From the IMG/VR virus record IMGVR_UViG_3300020020_000046, positions 1 to 50,494 of that record: DNA of 50,494 bases. One strand, 5' to 3'. A program made the translations under genes and the position numbers. This document shows, one piece after another, positions 8,815 through 17,811 of this stretch. The notes under the pieces were generated by a model, which was given only the letters and a program-made list of their open reading frames with translations, did no database searches and was not told the origin of the DNA. Within the stretch, counting starts at the first letter, position 1; every line of letters starts with the position of its first letter. Source of the DNA: a virus. Taxonomy: Duplodnaviria > Caudoviricetes.

Positions 8815-10800
8815 TCAGTACCTCCGTGTCTGTAGCTGCTGGTTGCTGACCTCGCCGTTGCGCACGAGCGTACCGGATGTCAGCGTCTCACCGGGTGCCG
8901 ATCCGCCCGAGCCGGCGGCTGCGTTGCCAGCCGCGCCCGGCTGGGTTGCTGGGGCCGGCCCGGCCGCCGCGGGTGGCGCGCTCTGCGCCGCAGACTGTGC
9001 CTGGCGGGCCATCCCGACCGCGCCGGCGACGGTGACCGGGTTGACCGCCGCACCTGTGCCGTTGCCGCCGACCATACCACCACCCGAGTCAAGCTCCACG
9101 CCGAGCTCGCTGGCATAGGCGATGTTGTCGAGCTCCGCCCGCTGGGCCAGCAGGAACGCCTGGACCTTGTCGGGATGGTCGAAGATGTTGAGCGCCTCGG
9201 CCTGCACCTCCTCGTACGTGTCCTCGGCGGCCTCGTCGCCCATCGCCCGGATCGCCTTGAGGGTCGTGGTCATGCCCGCGTCGCGCTTCGTGATCTCGTT
9301 CTGCGTCACCTCCATGAAGTCGCGCGGCTCCATGGGCGGGAACTCCCAGCGGAAGTCGCGGAAGCGCTCGCCGTCATCGTCGGTCAGCAGCGCCTTCGCG
9401 TCGCGCCAGTTGTAGACCTCGCTGTATTGCAGGTTCAGCTCGAGATAGTCGTCGAAGCTGCGCTGGTCGCGCATGAGCTTGGGCGCCAGCCTGGCCTCGG
9501 TGGCCTTCCACGACGCCGACAGGGCCCGCCCCGACGTCTGCGCGTTCTGGATCATGCCCCACACGATCGGCGGCAGCCCGGTCGTCCGGTGGAGCAGGTC
9601 CATCAGGACGTCGACGTGGGCCTGCGCGGGAAAGATGTCGATGCGCGTCATGATCTGCTCGATCCGCTCTTGGTCGTTGAGCGGGATGAGCTCGAACGGT
9701 CCGGGCATTTCGATATTGCGCCCGGGGAAGCTCTCGAGGAGCTGGTACCGCGGGGCCGAATACATGCCGATGATGTCGCCCTGCTGGCTCAGTCGACGGT
9801 TCAGCTCGTCGTTGATGTCGATGACCGGGGCGATGTCCGACCAGCCGTAGCTGTCGCGCTCGTCGGTGTTCTCGAAATACACCCACGGCAGCTTCTCCCA
9901 CTTCGGATAGAGCGCCGTCTCGACGATCTTGTCGGTCACCCGCTTGACGCAGGCCACGGCGCTGTCGGTCACGTTGCCGTAGCGGTCGTACCCGACCTCG
10001 CGCCACCAGAGCTCCTCGACCCACACCATCGTCCGCGTCGAGTCATACCAGCGATCGGCGACCTCGCGATAAACGCCGGAGTCCTGGCCGCGGGCGATCC
10101 GCCCGCCCGTCGTCGGGATGCCGAGCCCGAACAGGGCGTTGGCCTTGTTGACGTTCATCTGGTACGCCACGAGCACCATTTCGAGCTCGCCCGGCTCTCG
10201 CGACGACCAGATTGGGTAGACCGTCGTGGGGTTGTGCAGCGTGTGACTGACCGTTCGCTGCTCGGCGCGGTTCGGCCACACCTTCATCCACGAGAAGCCG
10301 TACAGGTTCTTCTTCCGGTGAGCGAGGTAGGACTTGTAGGGCAGCCCGTCGCGGCGCATCTGGCTGCGCACGATCTGAGCCCGACGGCTGGCCTTGAACG
10401 CATTGACCTGCTTGCGCGCCTCGCCGACAAGCCGCCGACGCAGGACCTCGTCCTGATCGAACGATGGCGGCGCCGGGGAGACGAGCTCCGGCTGGGCCCA
10501 TAGCGTCGGGCTCTTGGCCGCCTCGAGCGCCGTCCAAATGTCGACCACCGCCCGGGCGACCGGGAAGTTGGCGCGCGTCAGCCCGACGTCCTCGATGCCC
10601 CACGGCTCGGGCCAGGCGTCGTGTGTGCGCAGGCTCTCGTCGAACGGCGGGCTGTACCAGTTGAGATAGGTCTGAGCCTTGGTGCGGACGATCCGCATGT
10701 CGCTCTCCATCGCGAGGCGACAGTTGTCGATGCGGCCGTTGAGCCACGCGAGGTCGCGGCGCGACGAGGGCTGGACAGGCGGCGCCGCTGCGAGCGCCAT
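8815..10800 (-). CDS. Portal protein (P22/SU10-like podovirus type), ~661 aa
   Basis: Follows TerL; LPWVYFENTDERDSYGWSDIAPVIDINDELNRRLS and QTSGRALS portal-type motifs; real start ATG 10800 (TGATG coupling). Confidence 0.85.
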   Translation of the reverse strand: MALAAAPPVQPSSRRDLAWLNGRIDNCRLAMESDMRIVRTKAQTYLNWYSPPFDESLRTHDAWPEPWGIEDVGLTRANFPVARAVVDIWTALEAAKSPTLWAQPELVSPAPPSFDQDEVLRRRLVGEARKQVNAFKASRRAQIVRSQMRRDGLPYKSYLAHRKKNLYGFSWMKVWPNRAEQRTVSHTLHNPTTVYPIWSSREPGELEMVLVAYQMNVNKANALFGLGIPTTGGRIARGQDSGVYREVADRWYDSTRTMVWVEELWWREVGYDRYGNVTDSAVACVKRVTDKIVETALYPKWEKLPWVYFENTDERDSYGWSDIAPVIDINDELNRRLSQQGDIIGMYSAPRYQLLESFPGRNIEMPGPFELIPLNDQERIEQIMTRIDIFPAQAHVDVLMDLLHRTTGLPPIVWGMIQNAQTSGRALSASWKATEARLAPKLMRDQRSFDDYLELNLQYSEVYNWRDAKALLTDDDGERFRDFRWEFPPMEPRDFMEVTQNEITKRDAGMTTTLKAIRAMGDEAAEDTYEEVQAEALNIFDHPDKVQAFLLAQRAELDNIAYASELGVELDSGGGMVGGNGTGAAVNPVTVAGAVGMARQAQSAAQSAPPAAAGPAPATQPGAAGNAAAGSGGSAPGETLTSGTLVRNGEVSNQQLQTRRY

Positions 10801-11174
10801 CAGCTCTTGAGGACGACCGTGAACGCGCGGTCGGCCAGCTGGTTGACCTCGGCCGCGGTGTTGCCCGACACGAGCCGGATCATCGGCAGGCCGAGCAGCT
10901 TGGCGATGATGGCGCCGCCGACGATCGCGTCGCCGACGCGGGCCGCGATGGTGGCGGCCGCGATGAGCACCTCGGCGTTGGCGTCGTCCCACACTTCGCC
11001 CCATGTCGTGCCGCCGTCGAAGCTCGCCTCGAAGGTCAGGTCGGCCGCGGTCCACGCGGCCGGCAGGAGCAGCGACATGCTCGCCGTGTCGTACAGCGAG
11101 ATCGCGTTGCTCTTGGCCGCTCCGTTGGGGATGGTCGCGACGACCTTGTTGGTCACCCGCCGGCTCGTACCCAT
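10800..11174 (-). CDS. Small beta-sandwich putative structural protein, 124 aa
   Basis: LTFEASFDGGTTW motif common in phage structural beta-sandwich proteins; lies between TerL and portal. Confidence 0.6.
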   Translation of the reverse strand: MGTSRRVTNKVVATIPNGAAKSNAISLYDTASMSLLLPAAWTAADLTFEASFDGGTTWGEVWDDANAEVLIAAATIAARVGDAIVGGAIIAKLLGLPMIRLVSGNTAAEVNQLADRAFTVVLKS

Positions 11175-11177
11175 GCT

Positions 11178-12881
11178 CTACCTCCGTCCGCCGACGAGCC
11201 GGCGGCCTCGCTTGCTGTTGCTGGCGACGATGTTGAACGGCTTGGCCTTGGAGTTGCCAGCATGGCCGATGAGCCGCCACAGCCACCACGCGAACTGCGC
11301 GAGGGTCATGGCCGCGTCCTGCCGGAGCTTCTCGTCGTCACGCTTATAGACCGACAGCTGGCGGCGGAGCTTCTTCCACGGGCCCGTGGTCGGGAACCGG
11401 AACAGTCCGAAGTCGAGATCGTCGGGGATGTCGGGCCAGGCGTCGATGAAGCCATCGTCGGAGGTGTCGACCGGGAGACCCATCGCCAGCATCCGTTGGA
11501 GCCCCTGTAGTGCGGCCTCTTTGTTCGTGACGTACTTGACGGCACGAGCCTGCAGGTTGCAGTCCAGCACCGCGAGGCCATCCTGCCGGGCCTTGCGATA
11601 CACCGCGAGGCCACCCTCGCCCGTCGAGTCGATGATCCCGACGTGGCTGCGGTAACGTCGCATGTCGCGGGAAAGGTAGGCGTGCTGCTCGTCCGGTGTC
11701 AATGTCCGCGACGAGCGGAGCAGGGTCATCGACGCGCCGAGGATCGGGTTCTGCGGCGTGATGAGCTTGGGCGGCCACGGGATCAGCAGGTTGATGTAGA
11801 CGTTGTCGTCGGACGCGAGGGCGTGGTCGAACGACGTCGCGAATACCGCCCGGTTGTGCAGGCGCCGCCAGCCTTCCTCGTCGCCCGCCTTGGGCGGCTC
11901 GATCGTCTCGGGCAGCGAGCTGTCGAACGCCCGGTCGAGCAGGAAGTGCGGGAACATCGTGCGCGTCCCGGCGCCGAGCGTGCCCGACACCGAGCGGCTG
12001 GCGATATCCTTGTCGATCGACACGCGCATCTGGCGGTCCATCGACCGCTGGCTCTGCGAGAAGTTGGCGGAGCGGGCGGCCTCGGTGAAGTGCCAGTCGG
12101 CGATCCGGTCGGCGCCCGCCGCCGCGATGCTCTCGTCGGCGAGGTCCTCGAGCTCGGCGTAGATGTGCTCGCTCTCGATGGTCGCCGTGCCGGCCAGGAC
12201 GACCGGAGCGAGGAAGTCCGACGAGCGCGGCAGCATCGTCTGGTCGAAGATGGTCGTGATCTCGTCGGCCGGCTGCTGGCGCGGGAACTCGTCCCAGCCG
12301 ATGAGCCACCACGCATCGGACTCGAGCCGGGCCGCCTTGCCTTGCGTCGAGCGGAAGTCGATCTGCGCGTTGTTGGCGCACAGGACGACCGGGCGGTCGA
12401 CGTCGTTCACGTCGACGAGCTTGGTGGCGGTGAAGAACGGGGCGAGGAGCGCCTTACGCTGCAGCTTCGTGAACGGGTTGCGCTGCTGCATCGCCCGGCC
12501 GTCGATGAGCTCGTCGAACAGGCCCCACGCCTTGCCGGCCAGCTCCGACAACGGAGCGGCGTGCAGGACCTTGTAGTTGAACGGCAGCCAGCCGTGCTCG
12601 AAATCGGCGTGCTCGAAGCGCCACTTGTACCAGACGGCCCACGAATACAGGAGGTCGAGGCCAGTCGTCTTGCCGGTCCGGTTGGCCCACCGCCACACGT
12701 GGATCGTGCCAGGGGGCCACGTCAGGACGTCGTCGATGTGCTCGAGCTGCGCGTCGTTGAGGACCACGCCCCAGCCGTAGTAGCAGAACAGCTCGATATC
12801 GCCCGACTCGAGCCACGCCCGGTGGCGGCGCGGCAGGGCGGTGAGCGCCTCGAGGAAGTCGCGCTGCTGGGTCGGGTTCAC
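11178..12881 (-). CDS. terL: Terminase large subunit, ~567 aa
   Basis: Walker A ANRTGKTT, Walker B LIGWDE, coupling motif LAGTA, nuclease acidic residues SFDHA..DD and QDAAMTLA; GTG start coupled to the upstream stop. Confidence 0.92.
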   Translation of the reverse strand: MNPTQQRDFLEALTALPRRHRAWLESGDIELFCYYGWGVVLNDAQLEHIDDVLTWPPGTIHVWRWANRTGKTTGLDLLYSWAVWYKWRFEHADFEHGWLPFNYKVLHAAPLSELAGKAWGLFDELIDGRAMQQRNPFTKLQRKALLAPFFTATKLVDVNDVDRPVVLCANNAQIDFRSTQGKAARLESDAWWLIGWDEFPRQQPADEITTIFDQTMLPRSSDFLAPVVLAGTATIESEHIYAELEDLADESIAAAGADRIADWHFTEAARSANFSQSQRSMDRQMRVSIDKDIASRSVSGTLGAGTRTMFPHFLLDRAFDSSLPETIEPPKAGDEEGWRRLHNRAVFATSFDHALASDDNVYINLLIPWPPKLITPQNPILGASMTLLRSSRTLTPDEQHAYLSRDMRRYRSHVGIIDSTGEGGLAVYRKARQDGLAVLDCNLQARAVKYVTNKEAALQGLQRMLAMGLPVDTSDDGFIDAWPDIPDDLDFGLFRFPTTGPWKKLRRQLSVYKRDDEKLRQDAAMTLAQFAWWLWRLIGHAGNSKAKPFNIVASNSKRGRRLVGGRR

Positions 12882-13120
12882 GCCCCGACACGGCGGAACA
12901 CCAGCACCGTGCCGCACAGGTTCGCGCAAGCCACCCAGGCAAGCCCGGGCGTGCCGGCGAGACCGCCGTCGGGGCCAGAAACGAACTCCCAGCCCGGCCC
13001 GACGTAGCGCGGATGAACGAGGTGCGGCGGGCAGCGCGGATCGGCTGGGTAGCGGCTGTCGGCCAGCCGCTTCCACAGCGCCTCGATCGTATCAAGCGTG
13101 ATCGGGTCAGCCACCGGCAT
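12878..13120 (-). CDS. Hypothetical protein, 80 aa
   Basis: Overlap-coupled ORF between TerS and TerL. Confidence 0.6.
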   Translation of the reverse strand: MPVADPITLDTIEALWKRLADSRYPADPRCPPHLVHPRYVGPGWEFVSGPDGGLAGTPGLAWVACANLCGTVLVFRRVGA

Positions 13121-13742
13121 TCGCGGCGAGCAGTCGCCGCTCCTCCGCGACCTCGGCGTGCATCGCCTCGAGGTCCTCGGCGGCCTCGGCGGGGTCCGCG
13201 GTCGGGCTGACGATGTGGCCGGAGCTGGCGCCGAAGATGGCCATGACGTCGATCGCCTGCTGGTTGCGCTTGAGGCGGCTGGCCTCCTTCGTGCCGGCGG
13301 CCACGGTGCCGAGCTTGGCCATCGCGATGACCTCCTTCGTCTTGAACGCGGCCATCGCCTCGGGACTCTTGTCGAGCAGCGCCTCGAGGGCGCCGAGGGC
13401 CTTCATCCCCAGGCGCGACCCGGCCTCCATGACCGAGCCGAAGTCGGTCGCGACCGGGACGTGGTCCTCGGGCAGCTCCTCGCCCGGCTCAAACTCCTTC
13501 CAGCTCGCCTCGATGTGGTCGGCGTGGCGAGTGAGCGTCTTGGGGTCGAGCTCGCTGTAGCGCTCGGCGCGCTTGTCCTTGATGAGCATGGCCGCCTGCG
13601 ACGCTGCACGGGCCCCAGCGCTGCGATAGTTCGCCTCGCGGACGATCCCGCCCTCGGGCCAGATGGCGCGGTTCACCGCGATCCTGATGAGCTCGGGGGC
13701 CTGACAGACGATGCAGTCGCCCTTGAGCGGCGCTGACTTCAC
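13107..13742 (-). CDS. terS: Putative terminase small subunit, 211 aa
   Basis: Upstream of TerL; N-terminal CxxC...RHxxH Zn/HTH pattern followed by helical oligomerisation-type segments. Confidence 0.6.
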   Translation of the reverse strand: MKSAPLKGDCIVCQAPELIRIAVNRAIWPEGGIVREANYRSAGARAASQAAMLIKDKRAERYSELDPKTLTRHADHIEASWKEFEPGEELPEDHVPVATDFGSVMEAGSRLGMKALGALEALLDKSPEAMAAFKTKEVIAMAKLGTVAAGTKEASRLKRNQQAIDVMAIFGASSGHIVSPTADPAEAAEDLEAMHAEVAEERRLLAANAGG

Positions 13743-14137
13743 AGCGCGATCACCTGCTGGTCGAGGACGCCGACCTCGCTGGCGTCTCCGGGCTCGAGGC
13801 CACCATGAATGACCTCAGACGCACGGGTCTCGAGGCGGTAGAGCCGGCACGCTTCCTCGCCGCACGCCAGACGAGCAGGGCAATAGTCGCGGCAATACGC
13901 GGCGACGTCGCCGATGGCAGCCTGCGCGAGCTCGGCCGACTCGGGTGTCCACGTCTCGAGGTCCGCACGGCCAGCAAGCACTCCACCGAGCCGAGCCGAA
14001 GCGATAGCGTCCGCCAGCCCATCAGCGGTCGACGCCGTAGTTTCGGGCGACTCGCTCGAGGATGGAGGCGCCGTACTGGCCGCCGTTGCCGTTGGCTCGG
14101 CGGGGGACGCGGGCTCGTAGGGTGGCGTCATCGCCAT
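13739..14137 (-). CDS. Hypothetical Cys-cluster protein, 132 aa (CRDYCPARLACGEEAC)
   Basis: Coupled start and stop; four-Cys cluster. Confidence 0.6.
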   Translation of the reverse strand: MAMTPPYEPASPAEPTATAASTAPPSSSESPETTASTADGLADAIASARLGGVLAGRADLETWTPESAELAQAAIGDVAAYCRDYCPARLACGEEACRLYRLETRASEVIHGGLEPGDASEVGVLDQQVIAL

Positions 14138-14673
14138 CAGATGAGTCCTGCGTCGGCGGCTGGATCGAGTGTCTCCCCCGGACCTCGGTCGGGGCCGGGG
14201 ACGGCGGCGAGCCGATGGGCTCGTCCAGCGTCGCCCGGACCGCCCTCATCCTCGCGAGGTTCGACGCGGTCCGCGACGAGTGTCGCTCGACGTGCGAGGT
14301 CAGGGCCGTCAGGGCGTCCCGAAATGCTGGCGAGGGCAAGGGCGGCACGGATTACTTCCTGCCGTTCTGGTCCGAGCGAGGCGAGGGCTCGCTCGTAGAA
14401 CCGTCGAGCATCGTCGACTGGTACGTCAGGTCGTCCGCTGCCGCCGCGTCCGGCCAGGAAGCCACCGAGGGCCACGGCACCAATGGCGACGAGGAGCCCG
14501 GCGGGCGACAGGTCAAGAGATGCAACGATCGCGCCCGTCCCTCCAACGAGGAGTGCCAGCGCAAGCGGGGGTGCGGCGGCGGCAGCTGGGATGGCCGGGC
14601 GTCGTCGAGGGCCTCCCCCTGATCGGTCGCTTCGTCCGGCGTGGAGCGCTCGTCGCTGGCCATCACTCAGCAT
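14137..14673 (-). CDS. Possible two-TM membrane protein (reading frame ambiguous)
   Basis: Hydrophobic LALALLVGG / LLVAIGAVALGGFLA segments; stop coupled to the next ATG; competing frame 14352..14666 has the better RBS spacing. Confidence 0.35.
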   Translation of the reverse strand: MLSDGQRRALHAGRSDRSGGGPRRRPAIPAAAAAPPLALALLVGGTGAIVASLDLSPAGLLVAIGAVALGGFLAGRGGSGRPDVPVDDARRFYERALASLGPERQEVIRAALALASISGRPDGPDLARRATLVADRVEPREDEGGPGDAGRAHRLAAVPGPDRGPGETLDPAADAGLI

Positions 14674-14890
14674 GTCCTCCGTGACTCGCATGGGCGCCAT
14701 CTTTGGCCCGGACCTCGCCGATGTCAACCGCCTCCCAGCCCGCGGACTCGTGCAGCGCCGGGCCGCAGCGAGCGCACAGCGGCCAGACGGCGCCGCCGGG
14801 CGCTCGGTACGGCTTCACCCGGCTGCCGGTGCAGGGATCGCTGCCGCCGGCGACGTTGACGATCCTCGCCGAGCAGCCGGGCTTGGCCAT
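14663..14890 (-). CDS. Small Zn-finger-like protein, 75 aa
   Basis: C..C..CxxC pattern; TGATG coupling. Confidence 0.6.
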   Translation of the reverse strand: MAKPGCSARIVNVAGGSDPCTGSRVKPYRAPGGAVWPLCARCGPALHESAGWEAVDIGEVRAKDGAHASHGGHAE

Positions 14891-15294
14891 CAGAGCGGCC
14901 GGTCGCCGGTCGCGTCGGGCGAGGCGTCGACGTACGGCACGGGCTCACCGGCGACCTCGCCGAGCGCGTTGGCGCGCTCGACGTCGCCACGCTGGGTGAT
15001 GCGTCCTCGAGGCGAGTCATCGAGCGCGTACGTCGCCTGGAAGCGGGCGTCACTGATCGCCCACACATCGCTGCCCGGGTCGTCGTCGGGGTGGTTTGTG
15101 ACCAGCCAGTCGCCGGGGGCGCCCTCCATCGGTCCGCGGTCGGTCTCGACGACGAAGTCGTGCGGCACGCTGACCGCGAGGATGCGGGCCGTCTTGCGGG
15201 CGACCTCGCCGTGGCCGCGGTTGAGGACGCGGTCGACGAGCTCGTCGTGGTACGACTCCGGGTAGCGGGTCCGGGGCGTTCGTTCCTCGGTCAT
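14890..15294 (-). CDS. PGDYG-family-like protein, 134 aa
   Basis: VETDRGPMEGAPGDWLV...WAISDARFQATY motif; GGAGG RBS. Confidence 0.7.
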   Translation of the reverse strand: MTEERTPRTRYPESYHDELVDRVLNRGHGEVARKTARILAVSVPHDFVVETDRGPMEGAPGDWLVTNHPDDDPGSDVWAISDARFQATYALDDSPRGRITQRGDVERANALGEVAGEPVPYVDASPDATGDRPL

Positions 15295-15485
15295 CGGTGA
15301 CCTCCCTTGATGTTGGTGCGCGATGAATGCGCGTGCTGCTCGGGATGGATGTGACGGTGCGCGTGACGCCGGCCGTCGTGGCTATGAAAGTGGACGTGCT
15401 CGGTCTCGTCGACCGGGCGCGGCTTGTCGCGCAGGTCGTCGGCCAGCGTCCGATTGCCGTACGACGGGAACCACGCGGCGGTCAC
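15291..15485 (-). CDS. Small His-rich protein, 64 aa
   Basis: HVHFHSHDGRRHAHRHIHPEQHAH; GTGA/ATGA coupling. Confidence 0.6.
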   Translation of the reverse strand: MTAAWFPSYGNRTLADDLRDKPRPVDETEHVHFHSHDGRRHAHRHIHPEQHAHSSRTNIKGGHR

Positions 15486-15787
15486 ATCTGGTCCCACCAG
15501 TCTGCCTCCTGAGCTTCATAGACCTTGGCCGCTCGAGCCTTGCGCTCGAGACTGTTCCACCACCGGAGCTGCTCGGGGTCGCAGCCGTTGAGGTCGGCGA
15601 TCCGCAGCAGCTCGCTGAGCTCCGTCGAGCAGAACCGGCAGTTGTCACGATGCCAGAAGCCGACCTGATCGGCGGTGTCGCGACCGACGGCGGCGCGTGT
15701 GCCCATGCCGTCGTTCCAGCGCCACAGCCAGCAGAGCGACGCAGCGATCGCCGTGGCGACGGGTGTGTAGCGCTCATCGGTCATCAT
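15482..15787 (-). CDS. Hypothetical protein, ~101 aa (HxxxCxxC)
   Basis: Coupled ORF with good codon bias. Confidence 0.6.
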   Translation of the reverse strand: MMTDERYTPVATAIAASLCWLWRWNDGMGTRAAVGRDTADQVGFWHRDNCRFCSTELSELLRIADLNGCDPEQLRWWNSLERKARAAKVYEAQEADWWDQM

Positions 15788-16067
15788 CGGCATGGGCCTT
15801 CTTCGCCTCGGCGATGTGGCGGGCGACCATCCGCTCGGTGTGGCCCTTGAAGATGGTGTCGAGGTCCCGGGTGAGCGGCGATATGCCGCCCGGGTTGGCG
15901 TAGCGGAACTTGCGCGGGTCGCCGGTGTAGGGCGGCGGGATCGGCAGCCGCTCCGACTCGGGCAAGACGCCGCGGCGACGCGTCTGGTCGTTGAGCCAGC
16001 CCATTTCGGGGCAATCGGGCTGGTGGGCGGTGACGCCGCCACAGCGCTCGCACGGGTCGCCCCTCAT
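15774..16067 (-). CDS. Hypothetical protein with N-terminal CxxC-HxxxC Zn finger, 97 aa
   Basis: CERCGGVTAHQPDC; ATGA coupling. Confidence 0.6.
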   Translation of the reverse strand: MRGDPCERCGGVTAHQPDCPEMGWLNDQTRRRGVLPESERLPIPPPYTGDPRKFRYANPGGISPLTRDLDTIFKGHTERMVARHIAEAKKAHADDDR

Positions 16068-16192
16068 GCCACCATGCTCCGCTGCCAGGCGATGAGACAG
16101 CCGCGCAGCTCGGCAACCGACTGGCGGCGCTCGTAGTAGGCGTGGCCCATCCGGTTCGCGTAGCTGCAGGCCACGGCACGCGTCTCGGTCAT
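16064..16192 (-). CDS. Small hypothetical protein, 42 aa (MTETRAVACSYANRMGHAYY...)
   Basis: ATGA overlaps at both ends. Confidence 0.5.
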   Translation of the reverse strand: MTETRAVACSYANRMGHAYYERRQSVAELRGCLIAWQRSMVA

Positions 16193-16707
16193 CGTGGGTC
16201 CCCGACCTTTGACATCGAGCTCTTGGCCCCCCGGCCCTCGCGCGCGCCCCCGGGAGGGGCCGAACGACCAATAGGAACGGTAGAACTCTCTGTTTGTGTT
16301 TGTGTTTTCGTTGGCATGGGGTCTAGCATCGGTTGAGCATCGCTTGGAGCATTGCCCGGAGGAATGCTCGGAGCATCGCTACCAGCATTGCTACGAGCAT
16401 CGTTGAGGTTGCCCCAGCGGGCGTCAGCGGCCCGGCTGGCCTTGTCCTTCGCGGCCTCCCTCGAGGCGTCGACGATGGCCAGCCGGTAGCGGTCGCCGGT
16501 GACGGTCAGCAGGCCGTTCATCAGCGCGAGCTGCTCGTCATCGACCCAGCGCGGGATCGACGGCGCGAGCGGCCACAGCGCGTCGGCCTCGAGGTACAGC
16601 AGCAGCCAGGCGCCGAGCGCCGCGCGATCGGCCCGGAGCGGGGCGTAGCGCTCCTCGGTGAGCACCTCGCGGGGCACGATGACAAAGCGGCGGTCATCCT
16701 TCGCCAC
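16189..16707 (-). CDS. Putative replication initiator / replisome organiser, 172 aa
   Basis: Winged-helix-like N-terminus, KASRAADARW segment typical of phage initiators, and a low-complexity linker carrying internal DNA iterons. Confidence 0.65.
   Translation of the reverse strand: MAKDDRRFVIVPREVLTEERYAPLRADRAALGAWLLLYLEADALWPLAPSIPRWVDDEQLALMNGLLTVTGDRYRLAIVDASREAAKDKASRAADARWGNLNDARSNAGSDAPSIPPGNAPSDAQPMLDPMPTKTQTQTESSTVPIGRSAPPGGAREGRGAKSSMSKVGDPR
16270..16407. repeat. Putative replication origin: 12-bp iterons plus AT-rich tract
   Basis: AGCAT(C/T)G units at 16325, 16336, 16348, (16360 degenerate), 16372, 16384, 16396; adjacent TCTCTGTTTGTGTTTGTGTTTTCG. Confidence 0.7.
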
Positions 16708-16710
16708 AGG

Positions 16711-17121
16711 TCAGTTGCGGGAGTGACGACGGTGGTCGACGTCGGTCGAGGTCGACTGCCCGGCCATCGCGGCCTTGAGCTGCCCCAGCGGGATGAAGTG
16801 GGCATGGGGCACGTGCGTCCGGCAGATGGCCAGCTCGGCTATCGGGTGGGGTCGCACGACGATGATCTCGGTCTCGTCTTGGCCCGGCGCCAGCCGGTCG
16901 CGGATCGCCTCTACGTTGGCGAGGGTGCCGTCGACCCAGCAGGCGGTCAGGTAGCCCTGCGCCTCGCGGGTCGCGAACAGCGCGAGCTCCTCGATGGTCA
17001 GCGGCCGCCCGGCGATGCGCTGGGCCAGGCCCATGAAGTACGTCGCCGCCGCAGACTGCACGATGGCGGCGCGGCCCATCCGGCCGCCGACGCGCTCGGC
17101 GTGCTCCTCGTGGTCGGTCAT
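16711..17121 (-). CDS. Hypothetical protein, 136 aa
   Basis: ATG coupled to the upstream stop; codon bias. Confidence 0.65.
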   Translation of the reverse strand: MTDHEEHAERVGGRMGRAAIVQSAAATYFMGLAQRIAGRPLTIEELALFATREAQGYLTACWVDGTLANVEAIRDRLAPGQDETEIIVVRPHPIAELAICRTHVPHAHFIPLGQLKAAMAGQSTSTDVDHRRHSRN

Positions 17122-17363
17122 GCTGAGTGACCCCCGACGTAGAGGCTGACGTCCGCGAACGGCAGGAGCTCGTAGCCGCCCTCGGCCGAGTCGCTCCTGA
17201 CGTCGCTGACGATGTAGCGCAGCTGGGGCCGGACGTCGTCGTCGGGCTCGACGATGACCACGCCAAGCACGACGCCGACGATCGTTCGACGAGCATCGGG
17301 CGGCCCGACGCGCCACGACGCGGCCCGCGGGTCCTCGTAGAGCTGGAACGAGAGGACGATCAT
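17118..17363 (-). CDS. Hypothetical protein, 81 aa
   Basis: ATGA coupling. Confidence 0.6.
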   Translation of the reverse strand: MIVLSFQLYEDPRAASWRVGPPDARRTIVGVVLGVVIVEPDDDVRPQLRYIVSDVRSDSAEGGYELLPFADVSLYVGGHSA

Positions 17364-17563
17364 CGGAGCCTCACCAGCACGGTTCCCTCGTCGATGCGCC
17401 AGAACACCGTCTTGACCGTGTAGCTCCGGCCTTGCGACTCGAAGTTGACGAGATCGCCCACTCGCGGCGGGCACGGCAGCTGGGCGGATAGGCCGCGTTC
17501 GCACGCCTTGACGAGCTCGTCGTTGGTGCCGTCGGCGATGGCCTCGAAGTCGACGACGATCAT
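17360..17563 (-). CDS. Small beta-rich protein, 67 aa (PRVGDLV motif)
   Basis: ATGA coupling; flanked by 16-bp direct repeats. Confidence 0.65.
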   Translation of the reverse strand: MIVVDFEAIADGTNDELVKACERGLSAQLPCPPRVGDLVNFESQGRSYTVKTVFWRIDEGTVLVRLR

Positions 17564-17775
17564 CGGAGCCCTCCGCACGGCCCGCACAGGGCCACGCTAT
17601 CGCCGATCGAGGCGATGGTCGTGCCGTGGGCGATGAGCCGGTACAGGACCCGGACGCGCCGGCAGCGCGGGCAATGGCGGCGCTTAACCCGGGCGACCGA
17701 GACCTGCAGGGTCAGGCGCAGCCCGGGCCGCTCGACGACCTCGCGGACGTCGGGAGCATCGGACACGAGTGGCAA
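17560..17775 (-). CDS. Small Zn-finger protein, 71 aa (CxxC...CxxC)
   Basis: AGGAGG RBS and upstream promoter. Confidence 0.65.
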   Translation of the reverse strand: MPLVSDAPDVREVVERPGLRLTLQVSVARVKRRHCPRCRRVRVLYRLIAHGTTIASIGDSVALCGPCGGLR

Positions 17776-17811
17776 GGGCTTGTCCTCCTGATGGCGATGA
17801 CGGATTTCGAC

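Noticed and set aside
10801-11289. N-terminal extension of the portal ORF (824 aa)
   Set aside because: Overlaps the real 124-aa gene and the end of TerL; the coupled ATG at 10800 is the credible start
13739-14137. WhiB-family regulator
   Set aside because: Cys spacing differs from WhiB and the GV/IWGG motif is absent
16325-16407. CRISPR-like array
   Set aside because: 12-bp tandem units without spacers and no cas genes; better explained as iterons
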